Part shown: piece after piece, positions 11,411 through 21,320 of the stretch
How positions within the stretch are numbered: the first letter of the stretch is position 1
How the letters are laid out: each line of letters starts with the position of its first letter
DNA from: Gammaproteobacteria bacterium
GTDB taxonomy: Bacteria > Pseudomonadota > Gammaproteobacteria > UBA4575
Reading direction: 5' to 3'
DNA: 64,000 bases
NCBI GenBank assembly: GCA_022824965.1
Contig: JAJDYY010000008.1
Location: 449,482 to 513,481 of the forward strand
The notes under the pieces: generated by a model
What the model was told of the DNA's origin: nothing
What the model saw: only the letters and a program-made list of their open reading frames with translations
Databases searched by the model: none
Position numbers and translations under genes: made by a program

Positions 11411-12211
11411 TCAGTGCGCCTGCGCCGGCATCTCAGGCTTTTTGTATGCGTGATACATCAGCCCCAGGCCTACCAAGATCATGGGCAGCGTCAAAAGTTG
11501 CCCCATCGTCATCCAGTCGAAGGCGACAAATCCCAGATTCATGTCCGGCTCGCGTACAAACTCCACCACAAACCGGAATACCCCGTACAACAGCATGAAC
11601 AAACCGGCCACGGAACCCGCCGGGCGGGGCTTTTGTACAAACAACCAGAGCACCGCGAACAATACGAGCCCTTCCAGGAAAGCCTGGTAGAGCTGCGAGG
11701 GGTGTCTTGCCAGTGCATCCGCACCCGGGAACACCATGCCCCATGGCACGTCGGTGGCACGCCCCCATAGTTCTCCATTGATGAAATTCCCTATGCGCCC
11801 GGCCCCGAGGCCAACGGGCACAGCGGGTGCGACGAAATCACACAAGCGCAGAAAACCGCATCCTTTTTTCCGGTGAAAGGCCCATAACACGAGGATGACG
11901 CCCAGCAATCCACCATGAAAGCTCATGCCCCCTTCCCAGATCCTGAACAGGTAGAGCGGGTCTTGAAGAAAATAGGGGAAATTGTAGAACAGTACCGAGC
12001 CCAGTCGACCTCCAATCACCACTCCCAGCATGCCATAAAAAAAAAGATCGCCAACATCATCAGGCTGTACTACTGTATGTTCTTTTTTTGCAAGAACCTG
12101 GCCCAGGCCCCAAAATGCCAGGAACCCGACCGCGTACATCAGCCCATACCAGTGAAGCTTGAGCGGCCCAAGGGAAAAGATGACGGGATCAATATCCGGG
12201 AAATTCAACAT
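11411..12211 (-). CDS. lgt: Prolipoprotein diacylglyceryl transferase
   Basis: Lgt family sequence ([17 protein letters not shown]..., [17 protein letters not shown]). lgt-thyA adjacency as in enterics. Confidence 0.9.
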   Translation of the reverse strand: MLNFPDIDPVIFSLGPLKLHWYGLMYAVGFLAFWGLGQVLAKKEHTVVQPDDVGDLFFYGMLGVVIGGRLGSVLFYNFPYFLQDPLYLFRIWEGGMSFHGGLLGVILVLWAFHRKKGCGFLRLCDFVAPAVPVGLGAGRIGNFINGELWGRATDVPWGMVFPGADALARHPSQLYQAFLEGLVLFAVLWLFVQKPRPAGSVAGLFMLLYGVFRFVVEFVREPDMNLGFVAFDWMTMGQLLTLPMILVGLGLMYHAYKKPEMPAQAH

Positions 12212-12306
12212 GCTGCATCAGTATACAATCAAGTTTCCGGTCGCCCTGCAGGGATTCCGCAAAGCCCGCGCACAACACCGGCGAAAACAGTGAGCACATC
12301 ATAAAC

Positions 12307-14397
12307 ATGGTTCAGGCCAAAAAAAACCATCTGGCTGGACAAACCAGCCCTTACCTGCTTCAGCATGCCGACAATCCCGTGCAGTGGTACCCGTGGAGCA
12401 GTGAAGCACTGGAACGCGCCAAAATGGAAAACAAACCGATTCTATTGTCGATCGGATATTCTGCCTGCCACTGGTGCCATGTCATGGCGCACGAATCCTT
12501 CGAAGATGAGGCCACTGCAAAAATAATGAATGAATTGTTCATCAATATCAAAATCGACCGCGAGGAACGCCCGGACATCGACAAGATTTACCAGACTGCC
12601 CAATTTGTACTCACCCAGCGTACGGGGGGCTGGCCACTCACCATGTTCCTGACCCCGGATGACCAGGTGCCTTTTTTCGGGGGGACATATTTCCCGAACG
12701 AAGCACGCCACGGGCTGCCATCCTTCAAGGACCTGCTGCAGCATATCTCGGGTGTGTTTCAGCAGCGGCGCGAAGAGATCACAGCGCAAAACCAGTCCAT
12801 ACAAGACGTGCTGCAACAAATTCACGAACCCAACTATGCCAAGACGGACCTCTCTCCCGAGATCTTCATGAACTGCAACCACCAGATAGAGCAGGCCTTT
12901 GACGCGAGGGACGGAGGCTTTGGGAGTGCACCCAAGTTTCCCCACCCGACCCACATCGAGCGGCTGCTGCGTCATTACTCTCAATCAAAACGGGCGCAAC
13001 AGGACAGCCCGCGCTCCCTGCACGCCGCACTCTACACGCTGGAGAAAATGGCAGCCGGCGGCCTTTTCGATCAGGTAGGCGGAGGTTTTTGCCGATACTC
13101 GGTGGATTCCCACTGGATGATTCCTCACTTCGAAAAAATGCTGTATGACAACGGTCCCCTGCTGGCCTTGTACGCGCAGGCATTTGCCCTGACAGGCACA
13201 GAACAGTTCAAGAGCGTGTGCGAGGCCACGGCTCAATGGGTCATGCGCGAGATGCAATCGCCCGAGGGGGGCTACTATTCCTCCCTGGATGCAGATTCTG
13301 AGGGCAGCGAAGGCAGGTACTACGTCTGGGACTGCGAACAGGTCGAGAAGATACTCACCCAGGAAGAGTATGCCGTATTCGCACCCCACTATGGTCTGGA
13401 CCAGGATGCCAATTTTGAAGGCAGGTACCATCTGCATACCTTTGTTGACCGGGATGAGGTGTGTCAAAGGGCTTGCGTATCCGAAGAGAAGTTTGATGCC
13501 CTGATCCGCCAGGCCAAGCAAAAGCTTTTTTCCCAGCGCGAGCAGCGAGTGCGCCCCGGCCGTGATGAAAAGATCCTGAGCAGCTGGAATGCCTTGATGA
13601 TCCGCGGCATGGCCATTACAGGCCGGGTACTGGAACAACCCGAATACATACAATCGGCACAGCGCGCCCTGGATTTTTTACGTGACACCATGTGGACCCG
13701 TCAGCACCTGGCGGCCACGTACAAGGATGGCACCGCGCACCTTGACGCCTACCTGGACGACTACTCGTTCTTGCTGGACGCCATTCTAGAAATCCTGCAA
13801 GTGCGCTGGTGCAGCCAGGATTTGAGCTGGGCCTGCGAGATCGCCGACGTATTGCTGGAAAAATTTGAGGACCATGCCTCGGGTGGCTTCTACTTCACAT
13901 CCACAGACCATGAGCGGCTTATACAGCGATCCAAAACACTCAGCGATGAGGCGATGCCTTCCGGCAACGGAATCGCTGCCACAGCATTGGCCCGCCTGGG
14001 TTACCTGCTGGGGAAAACAGAGTACCTTGATGCAGCAGAACGTGTATTGCAGTTTGCGGGCCAAGCCGTCACGCAGGCGCCTATGGGACATGCCAGCCTG
14101 ATCACCGCGTATGAAGAGAGATACTATCCGCTACAAATCATTATTTTGCGGGGAGATAAGGGTCCTCTTGAAAAATGGCAACAGCAATGCACGCGGGGCT
14201 ATAACCCCGCACGACTGGTATTTGCCATCCATGCCGACGAAAGAAATTTGCCGGCAGGACTGGCAGAAAAGAAATATTCCATGCCGAGCCCGGAAGGTGT
14301 CGCTGCCTATATCTGTGAAGGCATGCAGTGCAAATCTCCGGTCACGAGCCTGACCGAACTGCAGAGTGCCTTGCCGGATACCGGAACCCCCCAATAA
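12307..14397 (+). CDS. Thioredoxin-domain (DUF255, YyaL-like) protein with a C-terminal six-hairpin glycosidase-like domain
   Basis: N-terminal thioredoxin-like CxxC ([16 protein letters not shown]) followed by a long alpha-helical domain. 696 aa, typical of the DUF255/YyaL family. Confidence 0.8.
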   Translation: MVQAKKNHLAGQTSPYLLQHADNPVQWYPWSSEALERAKMENKPILLSIGYSACHWCHVMAHESFEDEATAKIMNELFINIKIDREERPDIDKIYQTAQFVLTQRTGGWPLTMFLTPDDQVPFFGGTYFPNEARHGLPSFKDLLQHISGVFQQRREEITAQNQSIQDVLQQIHEPNYAKTDLSPEIFMNCNHQIEQAFDARDGGFGSAPKFPHPTHIERLLRHYSQSKRAQQDSPRSLHAALYTLEKMAAGGLFDQVGGGFCRYSVDSHWMIPHFEKMLYDNGPLLALYAQAFALTGTEQFKSVCEATAQWVMREMQSPEGGYYSSLDADSEGSEGRYYVWDCEQVEKILTQEEYAVFAPHYGLDQDANFEGRYHLHTFVDRDEVCQRACVSEEKFDALIRQAKQKLFSQREQRVRPGRDEKILSSWNALMIRGMAITGRVLEQPEYIQSAQRALDFLRDTMWTRQHLAATYKDGTAHLDAYLDDYSFLLDAILEILQVRWCSQDLSWACEIADVLLEKFEDHASGGFYFTSTDHERLIQRSKTLSDEAMPSGNGIAATALARLGYLLGKTEYLDAAERVLQFAGQAVTQAPMGHASLITAYEERYYPLQIIILRGDKGPLEKWQQQCTRGYNPARLVFAIHADERNLPAGLAEKKYSMPSPEGVAAYICEGMQCKSPVTSLTELQSALPDTGTPQ

Positions 14398-14426
14398 GAC
14401 TGCAACACGCCATCTCGGCTGATTCG

Positions 14427-15173
14427 ATGAATATAATCAGAGGGACATTTCGGTTATTTCGCCTGCTGATCCACCTCCTTAAAGGGGTTCACATTTGCTA
14501 CACCGCATTGGGAGATGTAGAGAAATTCGACCTGAATGAGAAACAGCACAGGATCATCCAGGACTGGCTATACCAGGTTGCTAAAATTATTGGCATTGAT
14601 CTTACCGTGCATGGCACGCCGCAAAAATCACCGGCGTTTGTGGTAGGGAACCACGTATCCTGGCTGGATATCGTGATCGTCGCCTCAGTACTACCCGTGT
14701 CGTTTCTGTCCAAGGTCGAAGTTCGCAAGTGGCCCGTGGTAGGCCTCCTTGCCGCCAAATCCGGCACCCTTTTTATCCACCGGGGATCCAAAACCGGCGC
14801 GATGGAAGCGATTCACCTGATGCGGGAAAGGCTCGGTTCAGGGCATAGCGTGGCTTCCTTCCCCGAAGCCAAGACGACCGATGGCACTTGTGTGCATGCG
14901 TTCCATCCCCGTCTGTTTGCGGCCGCCATTGAAACGAAGTCCGTGATCCAGCCGGTGGCACTTCGCTACCCGCATGCTGATGGCGTCAATCCAATAGTGC
15001 CGTTCGTCAACAACCGCAACCTGGTGAAGCATGCTTTTCGCATCATGTCTGCCAAGCGCACCCCTGCTGAACTGACGCTATGCGAGCCCATATCGAGTGA
15101 AGACCAGCCAAGAAAACAGCTTGCCCAGCTGGCAAGAAATTCTGTGGCCAAGGTGGTCGATGAATCCGGCTAG
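14427..15173 (+). CDS. Lysophospholipid (1-acyl-sn-glycerol-3-phosphate-type) acyltransferase
   Basis: HX4D acyltransferase motif (VVGNHVSWLDIVIV) and FPEAKTTDG motif. The ORF opens at 14328 and overlaps the upstream gene; the Met at 14427 lies after the upstream stop. Confidence 0.7.
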   Translation: MNIIRGTFRLFRLLIHLLKGVHICYTALGDVEKFDLNEKQHRIIQDWLYQVAKIIGIDLTVHGTPQKSPAFVVGNHVSWLDIVIVASVLPVSFLSKVEVRKWPVVGLLAAKSGTLFIHRGSKTGAMEAIHLMRERLGSGHSVASFPEAKTTDGTCVHAFHPRLFAAAIETKSVIQPVALRYPHADGVNPIVPFVNNRNLVKHAFRIMSAKRTPAELTLCEPISSEDQPRKQLAQLARNSVAKVVDESG

Positions 15174-15679
15174 GGCACGCTGCCGAGTGCCTGTATGGCT
15201 GCCTGATAGTCCGGTTCGTTCGCAATCTCGCCAATCAGTTCTGTGTGAACGATCACATTCTTCTGGTCCAATACCACTATGGCACGCGCTGTAATCCCTG
15301 CAAGCGGCCCATCTTCGATCAGTACACCATAATCCCTGGAGAAATCCTGTGAGCGCATGATGGAAAGCGAAGTGACATGCTCAAGATTTTCGGAAACACA
15401 AAACCGGGACATTGCAAAGGGCAGGTCAGCAGAAATGATCAATATCGCCGTATCGTCATGTTCCTTTGCAAAATCATCAAATTTCTTTGTAGACATTGCA
15501 CAGACCGGTGTATCCAGGCTAGGGACAATGCTCAGTATTTTTCTTTTGCCCGGGAAAGTCGAAAGGGATACGTCCTCCAGGTCCTTGTTCACCAGCTTGA
15601 AGTCCGGCGCACTTGAACCAATACCTGGCAGGTTCCCATTGGTGTGAATCTCATTTCCTTGCAGGGTGATCTTTGCCAT
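15170..15679 (-). CDS. tpx: Thiol peroxidase (atypical 2-Cys peroxiredoxin)
   Basis: Tpx signature (LPGIGSSAPDFKLVNKDLEDVSL..., SIVPSLDTPVCA) and 169-aa length. Confidence 0.9.
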   Translation of the reverse strand: MAKITLQGNEIHTNGNLPGIGSSAPDFKLVNKDLEDVSLSTFPGKRKILSIVPSLDTPVCAMSTKKFDDFAKEHDDTAILIISADLPFAMSRFCVSENLEHVTSLSIMRSQDFSRDYGVLIEDGPLAGITARAIVVLDQKNVIVHTELIGEIANEPDYQAAIQALGSVP

Positions 15680-15792
15680 TTTTATTTCTCCAGTAACAGG
15701 CGCATACGTATTGGCTTGGCAACATTCTTGGCGATGTCGTCAGCTTCTACCGGGTTCACAAGAAAGTGACCTTACCCTGTAGGATAAGTTTA

Positions 15793-16194
15793 TTACTCCG
15801 GTGATGACGCTATGTAATCTTCATATTGGCTTGCATCAAGCAGGCTGTCAATTGCCGTGGCACCCGGCAACTCGATCTTGCAAAGCCAGCCTTTCTCGTA
15901 GGGAGATTCGTTCATCATTTCCGGAGAATCCAGCAGGTCTTCATTGATTTCAACGACTTTACCGTCTACAGGCATGGATACGTCACTCGCAGTCTTGACC
16001 GATTCCACGACCGCACAGGCCTCGTCTGCCTGATACTCACGATCCAGGTCAGGGGGCTCAATGTAGACGATGTCTCCCAGTTCAGACTGGGCAAATTCCG
16101 TGATACCTAGGATTGCCGTACCATCATCCTGCATCTTCAACCATGCATGCTGAGACGAATAGACACGGTCAACGGGTATGGCATCCATCAGCAA
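15793..16194 (-). CDS. gcvH: Glycine cleavage system H protein
   Basis: GcvH lipoyl-domain sequence (HAWLKMQDDGTAILGITEFAQSELGDIVYIE..., ESVKTASD with the lipoyl-Lys). The start is probably the third Met of the ORF. Confidence 0.85.
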   Translation of the reverse strand: MLMDAIPVDRVYSSQHAWLKMQDDGTAILGITEFAQSELGDIVYIEPPDLDREYQADEACAVVESVKTASDVSMPVDGKVVEINEDLLDSPEMMNESPYEKGWLCKIELPGATAIDSLLDASQYEDYIASSPE

Positions 16195-16552
16195 CCTCCC
16201 GGGCCAGTCACTATTTTGATTGTTGTCGAATTACAGTTTGACATGATTTTAGAACCGGGTATTGTACACATCGGAAAACCGCCAACAAAGCAACCCCCTC
16301 CAGTGTACGGATCTGCGGCTTTTCCGGATTTTTTTGCCGGCCTAGATCTTGTGCCCAGGAGCAACCGATCACAGTACGGGATGCCTGAATCCCAGAGGCC
16401 TTGCCGACGGTGCATATCGTGCATGAAATGCAGGGATCATCATCATTTCCTGCTCAGACAGTGCGGACTGAATGATAAAACTTCAGTATGCGGGGCCCTG
16501 AACAGTCCGACCGGAGTCATTTCGTAACCAGCAAGGCAACACAGCATTCATT

Positions 16553-17257
16553 TTGAACGATTTCTCACAAGCTTTTCAAAAAGCCCTTCAACTCATCATA
16601 CAACTCGACCCCGACCTGATAGAGATCGTCGCGCTATCCCTGCAGGTAAGCCTGACCGCCGTATTCATTGCCGGGCTGATTGGGCTGCCGCTTGGCGCAG
16701 CGCTTGCCTTGTACAAGTTTTTTGGACGTGGTCTGCTTGTCGCGATACTGAATACCTTTATGGGCCTGCCACCCGTTGTCGTGGGCCTGGTGGTTTACCT
16801 GATTCTTTCCCGCTCAGGCCCGCTCGGAGCACTGGGACTGCTGTTCACACCCACGGCCATGGTCATTGCGCAGGTGTGCCTGGTCACACCCATTATCGCG
16901 GCGCTGACGCGTCAAACCGTAATGGATGCCAACAATGAATTCCATGCACAACTGCGGGCACTTGGCGCCAAGCCCCAAAGCATGATGAACACCCTCCTGT
17001 GGGAGACCCGGTACAGCCTGGTCACCAATGTGTTCGCAGGATTCGGCCGGGCAATCGCAGAAGTGGGTGCCGTGCTGATAGTAGGTGGCAATATCAATCA
17101 CAATACCCGTGTGATGACGACCTCTATTGCACTTGAGACCAGCAAGGGGAACATAGAGCTGGCACTGGCACTGGGCGTAATACTGATCACGCTTTCCTTG
17201 ATCGTGACCTCAGCTGTCATGAGTGCACGGCAGACGGCTCACAAAATTTATGCCTAG
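16553..17257 (+). CDS. ABC transporter permease, tungstate/sulfate-uptake (TupB-like) family
   Basis: 234-aa, six-helix permease with an EAA-like loop (ALGAKPQSMMNTLLWETR). Followed by a cognate ATPase and a TupA-like binding protein. Confidence 0.75.
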   Translation: MNDFSQAFQKALQLIIQLDPDLIEIVALSLQVSLTAVFIAGLIGLPLGAALALYKFFGRGLLVAILNTFMGLPPVVVGLVVYLILSRSGPLGALGLLFTPTAMVIAQVCLVTPIIAALTRQTVMDANNEFHAQLRALGAKPQSMMNTLLWETRYSLVTNVFAGFGRAIAEVGAVLIVGGNINHNTRVMTTSIALETSKGNIELALALGVILITLSLIVTSAVMSARQTAHKIYA

Positions 17258-17990
17258 CCCAGTGATTCCTGCATCACCCCTGCCACTGAAAATTCAGCAC
17301 CTGAGTGTTTCCAGACGGGGCAAGCCGTTGCTGGACGATGTGAATGCCACCATCAGTTCAGCCGGGATCACCATCATCCTTGGCCCAAATGGGGCGGGAA
17401 AAAGTTTGCTGCTTCACATTGCGCATGGCCTGGAAGTACCGGATCGCGGCTCATTGACATGGAACCAAGACATCCCGAAGCCCCAGGAACCCTGGCGAGC
17501 CTTCGTGTTCCAGAAACCGGTCTTTCTGCAGCGCAGCGTACAGGCCAACCTTGAATATGTACTTTCCCTGCACAAGATCGCCAAGGCCAGGCAAGACCTG
17601 CTCATCGAGCAGGCGCTGCAGCATACCGGGCTCATACAACTCTCGAAACAAAGTGCACGCACTTTGTCCGGTGGCGAGCAGCAACGCCTGAACGTCGCCC
17701 GGGCCTGGGTGCTTGAACCAAAAGTGATGCTGCTGGACGAGCCTACGGCGGAACTGGATCCTTCAGGCGTTGCAACCATGGAAATGCTGATCAGAAAAAT
17801 TGCCCAACTCAACACCAAAATTATCATGACTACCCACAGCCTCGATCAGGCGAGAAGGCTGGCAAACGACATTGTGTTCCTGCACCGAGGCAGGCTGATT
17901 GAACACACTCCGGCAAAAGTGTATTTTGCCCAACCTAAAACCCGTCTCGCAGCAGATTTCCTGGCTGGCAAGTTGCTCGACACGGACTGA
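17250..17990 (+). CDS. ABC transporter ATP-binding protein (TupC-like)
   Basis: Walker A (GPNGAGKS), signature (LSGGEQQR) and Walker B (VMLLDEP). The ORF opens at 17223 and overlaps the permease stop; the Met at 17250 is the likely start. Confidence 0.8.
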   Translation: MPSPVIPASPLPLKIQHLSVSRRGKPLLDDVNATISSAGITIILGPNGAGKSLLLHIAHGLEVPDRGSLTWNQDIPKPQEPWRAFVFQKPVFLQRSVQANLEYVLSLHKIAKARQDLLIEQALQHTGLIQLSKQSARTLSGGEQQRLNVARAWVLEPKVMLLDEPTAELDPSGVATMEMLIRKIAQLNTKIIMTTHSLDQARRLANDIVFLHRGRLIEHTPAKVYFAQPKTRLAADFLAGKLLDTD

Positions 17991-17996
17991 AAAATC

Positions 17997-18824
17997 ATGA
18001 AATATTTCTGGGTCAAAGCCACCGTATTGGTGGCACTGGTGGTAACGCTGGCCTCGGTGCCGGCAGAAAAACCGCCCTTCATCACCCTGTCCTCCACCAC
18101 TTCAATCGAAAATTCAGGTTTGCTGGATTACCTGATCCCGAGATTCAGAGACCGCTCCGGCATTGACGTACGGGTGGTATCCGTGGGCACGGGTCGAGCG
18201 CTGAAACTGGGCGAGACGGGCGACACAGACCTGATACTTGTACACCACCGACCCTCCGAGGAAGCATTCATATCCAAAGGTTATGGGGTCAAGCGTCGAG
18301 AGGTCATGTACAACGACTTTATCATCGCCGGGCCACGCGGAGATCCGCTGAATATAAGAAAAGAAGGCAGTGTAGAGCGTGTACTTACACTTATTTACGA
18401 ACACAAGATGCCGTTTGTTTCGCGTGGCGACGAAAGTGGTACCCACAAAAAGGAAATGGAGTTATGGGCCTTGCTTGATGTCGATGTTCAGCAGTACAGC
18501 GGCAGGTGGTACCATGAAACCGGTGCAGGCATGGGCACTACACTGAACATTGCGAATGGAATGGGCGCATACGTGCTCGCAGACAGGGGGACCTGGCTTT
18601 CATTTAAAAATCGTAACGGACTGGCTTTACTTTTTGAGAATGACCCCCTCTTGCACAACCAGTACAGCATCATCGAGATCAATCCCGAGCGTCATCCGCA
18701 TACCAAGTCCAAGGAGGCTGCACGGTTCACAGACTGGCTGGCTTCCAGTGAAGGCCAGCAGATGATTGCCAGCTTTACATTAAACGGCCAGCAACTGTTT
18801 TTCCCGAATGCACTGCCGCAGTAG
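17997..18824 (+). CDS. Periplasmic substrate-binding protein, tungstate-binding TupA-like
   Basis: Signal peptide plus a TupA-like core (LSSTTSIENSGLLDYLIPRF...VVSVGTGRALKLGETGDTDLILVHHRPSEEAF...VMYNDFIIAGP). Confidence 0.75.
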   Translation: MKYFWVKATVLVALVVTLASVPAEKPPFITLSSTTSIENSGLLDYLIPRFRDRSGIDVRVVSVGTGRALKLGETGDTDLILVHHRPSEEAFISKGYGVKRREVMYNDFIIAGPRGDPLNIRKEGSVERVLTLIYEHKMPFVSRGDESGTHKKEMELWALLDVDVQQYSGRWYHETGAGMGTTLNIANGMGAYVLADRGTWLSFKNRNGLALLFENDPLLHNQYSIIEINPERHPHTKSKEAARFTDWLASSEGQQMIASFTLNGQQLFFPNALPQ

Positions 18825-18873
18825 CTTCGCTTGTACTGCATCCTGGAATCCGTGCGACCGCCACAAGATGATT

Positions 18874-20091
18874 CTATCTGGCAAAAACCGGCCTGTCCCT
18901 GTTTAACCCCATTGCATGCTCCATGAAAAACCTTTTCATGGAGGGTGTGTGCTCCGCGATGCTCAGTGCAACACTGCGAGCCGCGACTACGGGTTTGGAA
19001 GAAGAACCGTATACAGCCACGAATGCATGCATCGCAGACTGCATGACCTGGACCTCTCCTGCCCTGGCACGCTCATATTTCCGCAACATCCGAAGGCTGC
19101 CTATATCCCGCTTTGTGTGCTCAAGGATGTCGGCCAAAATCGCGACATCGGTCAATCCAAGATTGGCCCCCTGACCTGCTAACGGATGCAAGGTGTGGGC
19201 AGCGTCCCCGACCAATGCGATCCGGGGCTTGACCAGATTGCCGGCCTGACCAGAAATCAGCGGGAAATCAGCACGCTCCGACAGCAGGCGGACCTTGCCC
19301 AGCCGTGAATCGCTGGCCGTGGTGATTTCCTGGGAAAACTCCTTTTCTCCCATTTGCATCAGCTGCTTCGCGTATTCATGGTCGGCTGACCAGACGATGG
19401 AGCATTCACGATGCTTTTTGTCACTTCCAACGGGCAACAGGGCCAGTGGACCCGTCTTGAGAAAACGCTGCCATGCAGTACGCTGATGCGAAAATTCTGT
19501 TTGTACATTTGCCACGATGCCCTGCTGCAGATACGGCTTTTCAGCATAGGGGATTTCTGCGAGACCACGCACACCCGACCGGCTCCCGTCTGCCCCCACC
19601 AGCAGTTTCGCCCTGAGCAATTGCTTGTTTTCCAGAATTGCCTCAATCCCATCGTCGCGGTGGACGATGTCTGTCACGCTCCCGGGCACGTACCAGTGAA
19701 CACCGGGTACCTCGCGAAGGGGTTCATGCAAGCTTGACAGAATTGCCTTGTTTTCCACGATATAGCCCAAGACAGACTGGCGAATTTCTCTCGCACAAAA
19801 GTGAATTTCTGCGCTGCTGGCGGCATCCCAAACAACCATGGCATCAAAGGCACTTGTCCGTTTCGCCTGCACTTGCGGCCAGATTCCAATGTGCTCGAAA
19901 ATTGCCCTGGAACCGGGGCTGACGGCTGTGACCCGCACATCGCAAGGTTGTTCACGGTCAAACTTCGGTGGCAGTACACGGTCGACAACGGCCAGTGATT
20001 TACCTTGCTTTGCCAACAGGTTGACCAATGTAAGGCCGGCGATGCCGGCCCCTACGATAATGATATCGACCTGTGTGGCTTGTGCAGTCAT
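18874..20091 (-). CDS. ubiI: FAD-dependent ubiquinone biosynthesis monooxygenase (UbiH/UbiF/UbiI family), distal paralogue
   Basis: N-terminal FAD fold (VDIIIVGAGIAGLTL), a GD motif (LVGDAAHTLHPLAGQGANLGLTDV) and about 406 aa from the Met at 20091. The ORF extends to 20319 through an unlikely leader. Assigning ubiI rather than ubiH is by position (second after pepP) only. Confidence 0.8.
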   Translation of the reverse strand: MTAQATQVDIIIVGAGIAGLTLVNLLAKQGKSLAVVDRVLPPKFDREQPCDVRVTAVSPGSRAIFEHIGIWPQVQAKRTSAFDAMVVWDAASSAEIHFCAREIRQSVLGYIVENKAILSSLHEPLREVPGVHWYVPGSVTDIVHRDDGIEAILENKQLLRAKLLVGADGSRSGVRGLAEIPYAEKPYLQQGIVANVQTEFSHQRTAWQRFLKTGPLALLPVGSDKKHRECSIVWSADHEYAKQLMQMGEKEFSQEITTASDSRLGKVRLLSERADFPLISGQAGNLVKPRIALVGDAAHTLHPLAGQGANLGLTDVAILADILEHTKRDIGSLRMLRKYERARAGEVQVMQSAMHAFVAVYGSSSKPVVAARSVALSIAEHTPSMKRFFMEHAMGLNRDRPVFAR

Positions 20092-21305
20092 GCAGACTGC
20101 GGGGGGTTGCCTTGAAGAAGATTTGCCACAGAGCTGGGAACCCCCGTACTTTGGCGCAGAATGATGTTTTCCAAAAGCGGGATTGCGCCCAGCATTGCAA
20201 GGCCAATCCCCCTTGTACGAGACAGTACCGGATCGTTTGTAGTGAACAAGAAATTGAAGATATCCGTAAGCCTTATGGTGCGCTTGATATCCGATTGGCG
20301 TCCCGACGCATATGCACAAAGTCTCTCGCTGATCCCGTCAGGCCCATCGTCGCCTGTGTTCAGCACTTCACTGAGTTCCGCAACATCCCGCAACGCTAGA
20401 TTCAGGCTTTGTGCGCCAATCGGATGCAGTGTTTGGGCTGCATTGCCGATCAACACTACACGCTCTTGTACACGCCGCTGACTCACCAGCAATGACAAGG
20501 GAAAGGCAGAACGTTTGCCTATTTTGGAAAAATAGCCCAGGCGGTAACCAAAGGCTTGCTGCAGTTGCAGCAGAAAATCCTCATCGGTACGCGCCATGAG
20601 CTCTCGTGCAATACTGTCCGGGAGCACCCAGACAAACCCGCAATTGTTACCCGCATGTGGCAGCAGTGTTAATGGACCCTGCCGGGTGAACCGCTCATAG
20701 GCCGTAAACTGATGATCACCATCCACGCTGACATTGCCGACAATTGCCGTCTGATGATATTTCTTCTCGTTGGCAGGGATGCCCAGCTTGTTGCGAATGA
20801 AAGAATGTGTCCCGTCAGCAGCAATCAACAAATCAGTCTGTATGGGTTCTCCCTCACCGTGCAGGATGACCCGATCTGCATGACTCTCAATATCGGACAC
20901 CTTGTAGGGCTGGATGCACTGGATATTCTCATGGTGCCGGAGATGCTCCTGCAAGGACAATACGAGCTTTTCAGCAGGAACCATATAGCCGAAACCCTCT
21001 GATTCATGGTTTCGGCAGTCCATGCGCATGGCACCGAATCGCCCCCGATCTGAAATATGAATTTTCTGGATCGCTATGGAATGTGAGCCAATCTGCTCCC
21101 ATACGCCTAGGGCATCGAACATTCTTTTGGAAGCCAGGGCCAATGCGATGCTGCGTTCATCCCTGTAGGCACCTGTACCGTTTGCCGAAGAAACAGGCCG
21201 GCTTTCAATCAGGGCAATCCGGCGGGGCATGGCTGCTAGGGCACAAGCCAGCGTGCCACCAACGAAACCACCGCCTACAATCGCAATGTCATAGTGACGC
21301 GGCAT
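20088..21305 (-). CDS. ubiH: FAD-dependent ubiquinone biosynthesis monooxygenase (UbiH-like), proximal paralogue
   Basis: YDIAIVGGGFVGGTLA FAD fold, LIGNAAQTLHPIGAQSLNLALRDV motif and 405 aa. ATGA overlap with the downstream paralogue. Sits directly after pepP as in E. coli pepP-ubiH-visC. Confidence 0.8.
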   Translation of the reverse strand: MPRHYDIAIVGGGFVGGTLACALAAMPRRIALIESRPVSSANGTGAYRDERSIALALASKRMFDALGVWEQIGSHSIAIQKIHISDRGRFGAMRMDCRNHESEGFGYMVPAEKLVLSLQEHLRHHENIQCIQPYKVSDIESHADRVILHGEGEPIQTDLLIAADGTHSFIRNKLGIPANEKKYHQTAIVGNVSVDGDHQFTAYERFTRQGPLTLLPHAGNNCGFVWVLPDSIARELMARTDEDFLLQLQQAFGYRLGYFSKIGKRSAFPLSLLVSQRRVQERVVLIGNAAQTLHPIGAQSLNLALRDVAELSEVLNTGDDGPDGISERLCAYASGRQSDIKRTIRLTDIFNFLFTTNDPVLSRTRGIGLAMLGAIPLLENIILRQSTGVPSSVANLLQGNPPQSA

Positions 21306-21320
21306 AACGTACAGGGGAAC

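Noticed and set aside
16195-16552. Possible Moco riboswitch in the long leader of the tungstate-type ABC operon
   Set aside because: I cannot reproduce the Moco motif consensus reliably from memory, so it is recorded only as a testable idea in the findings.
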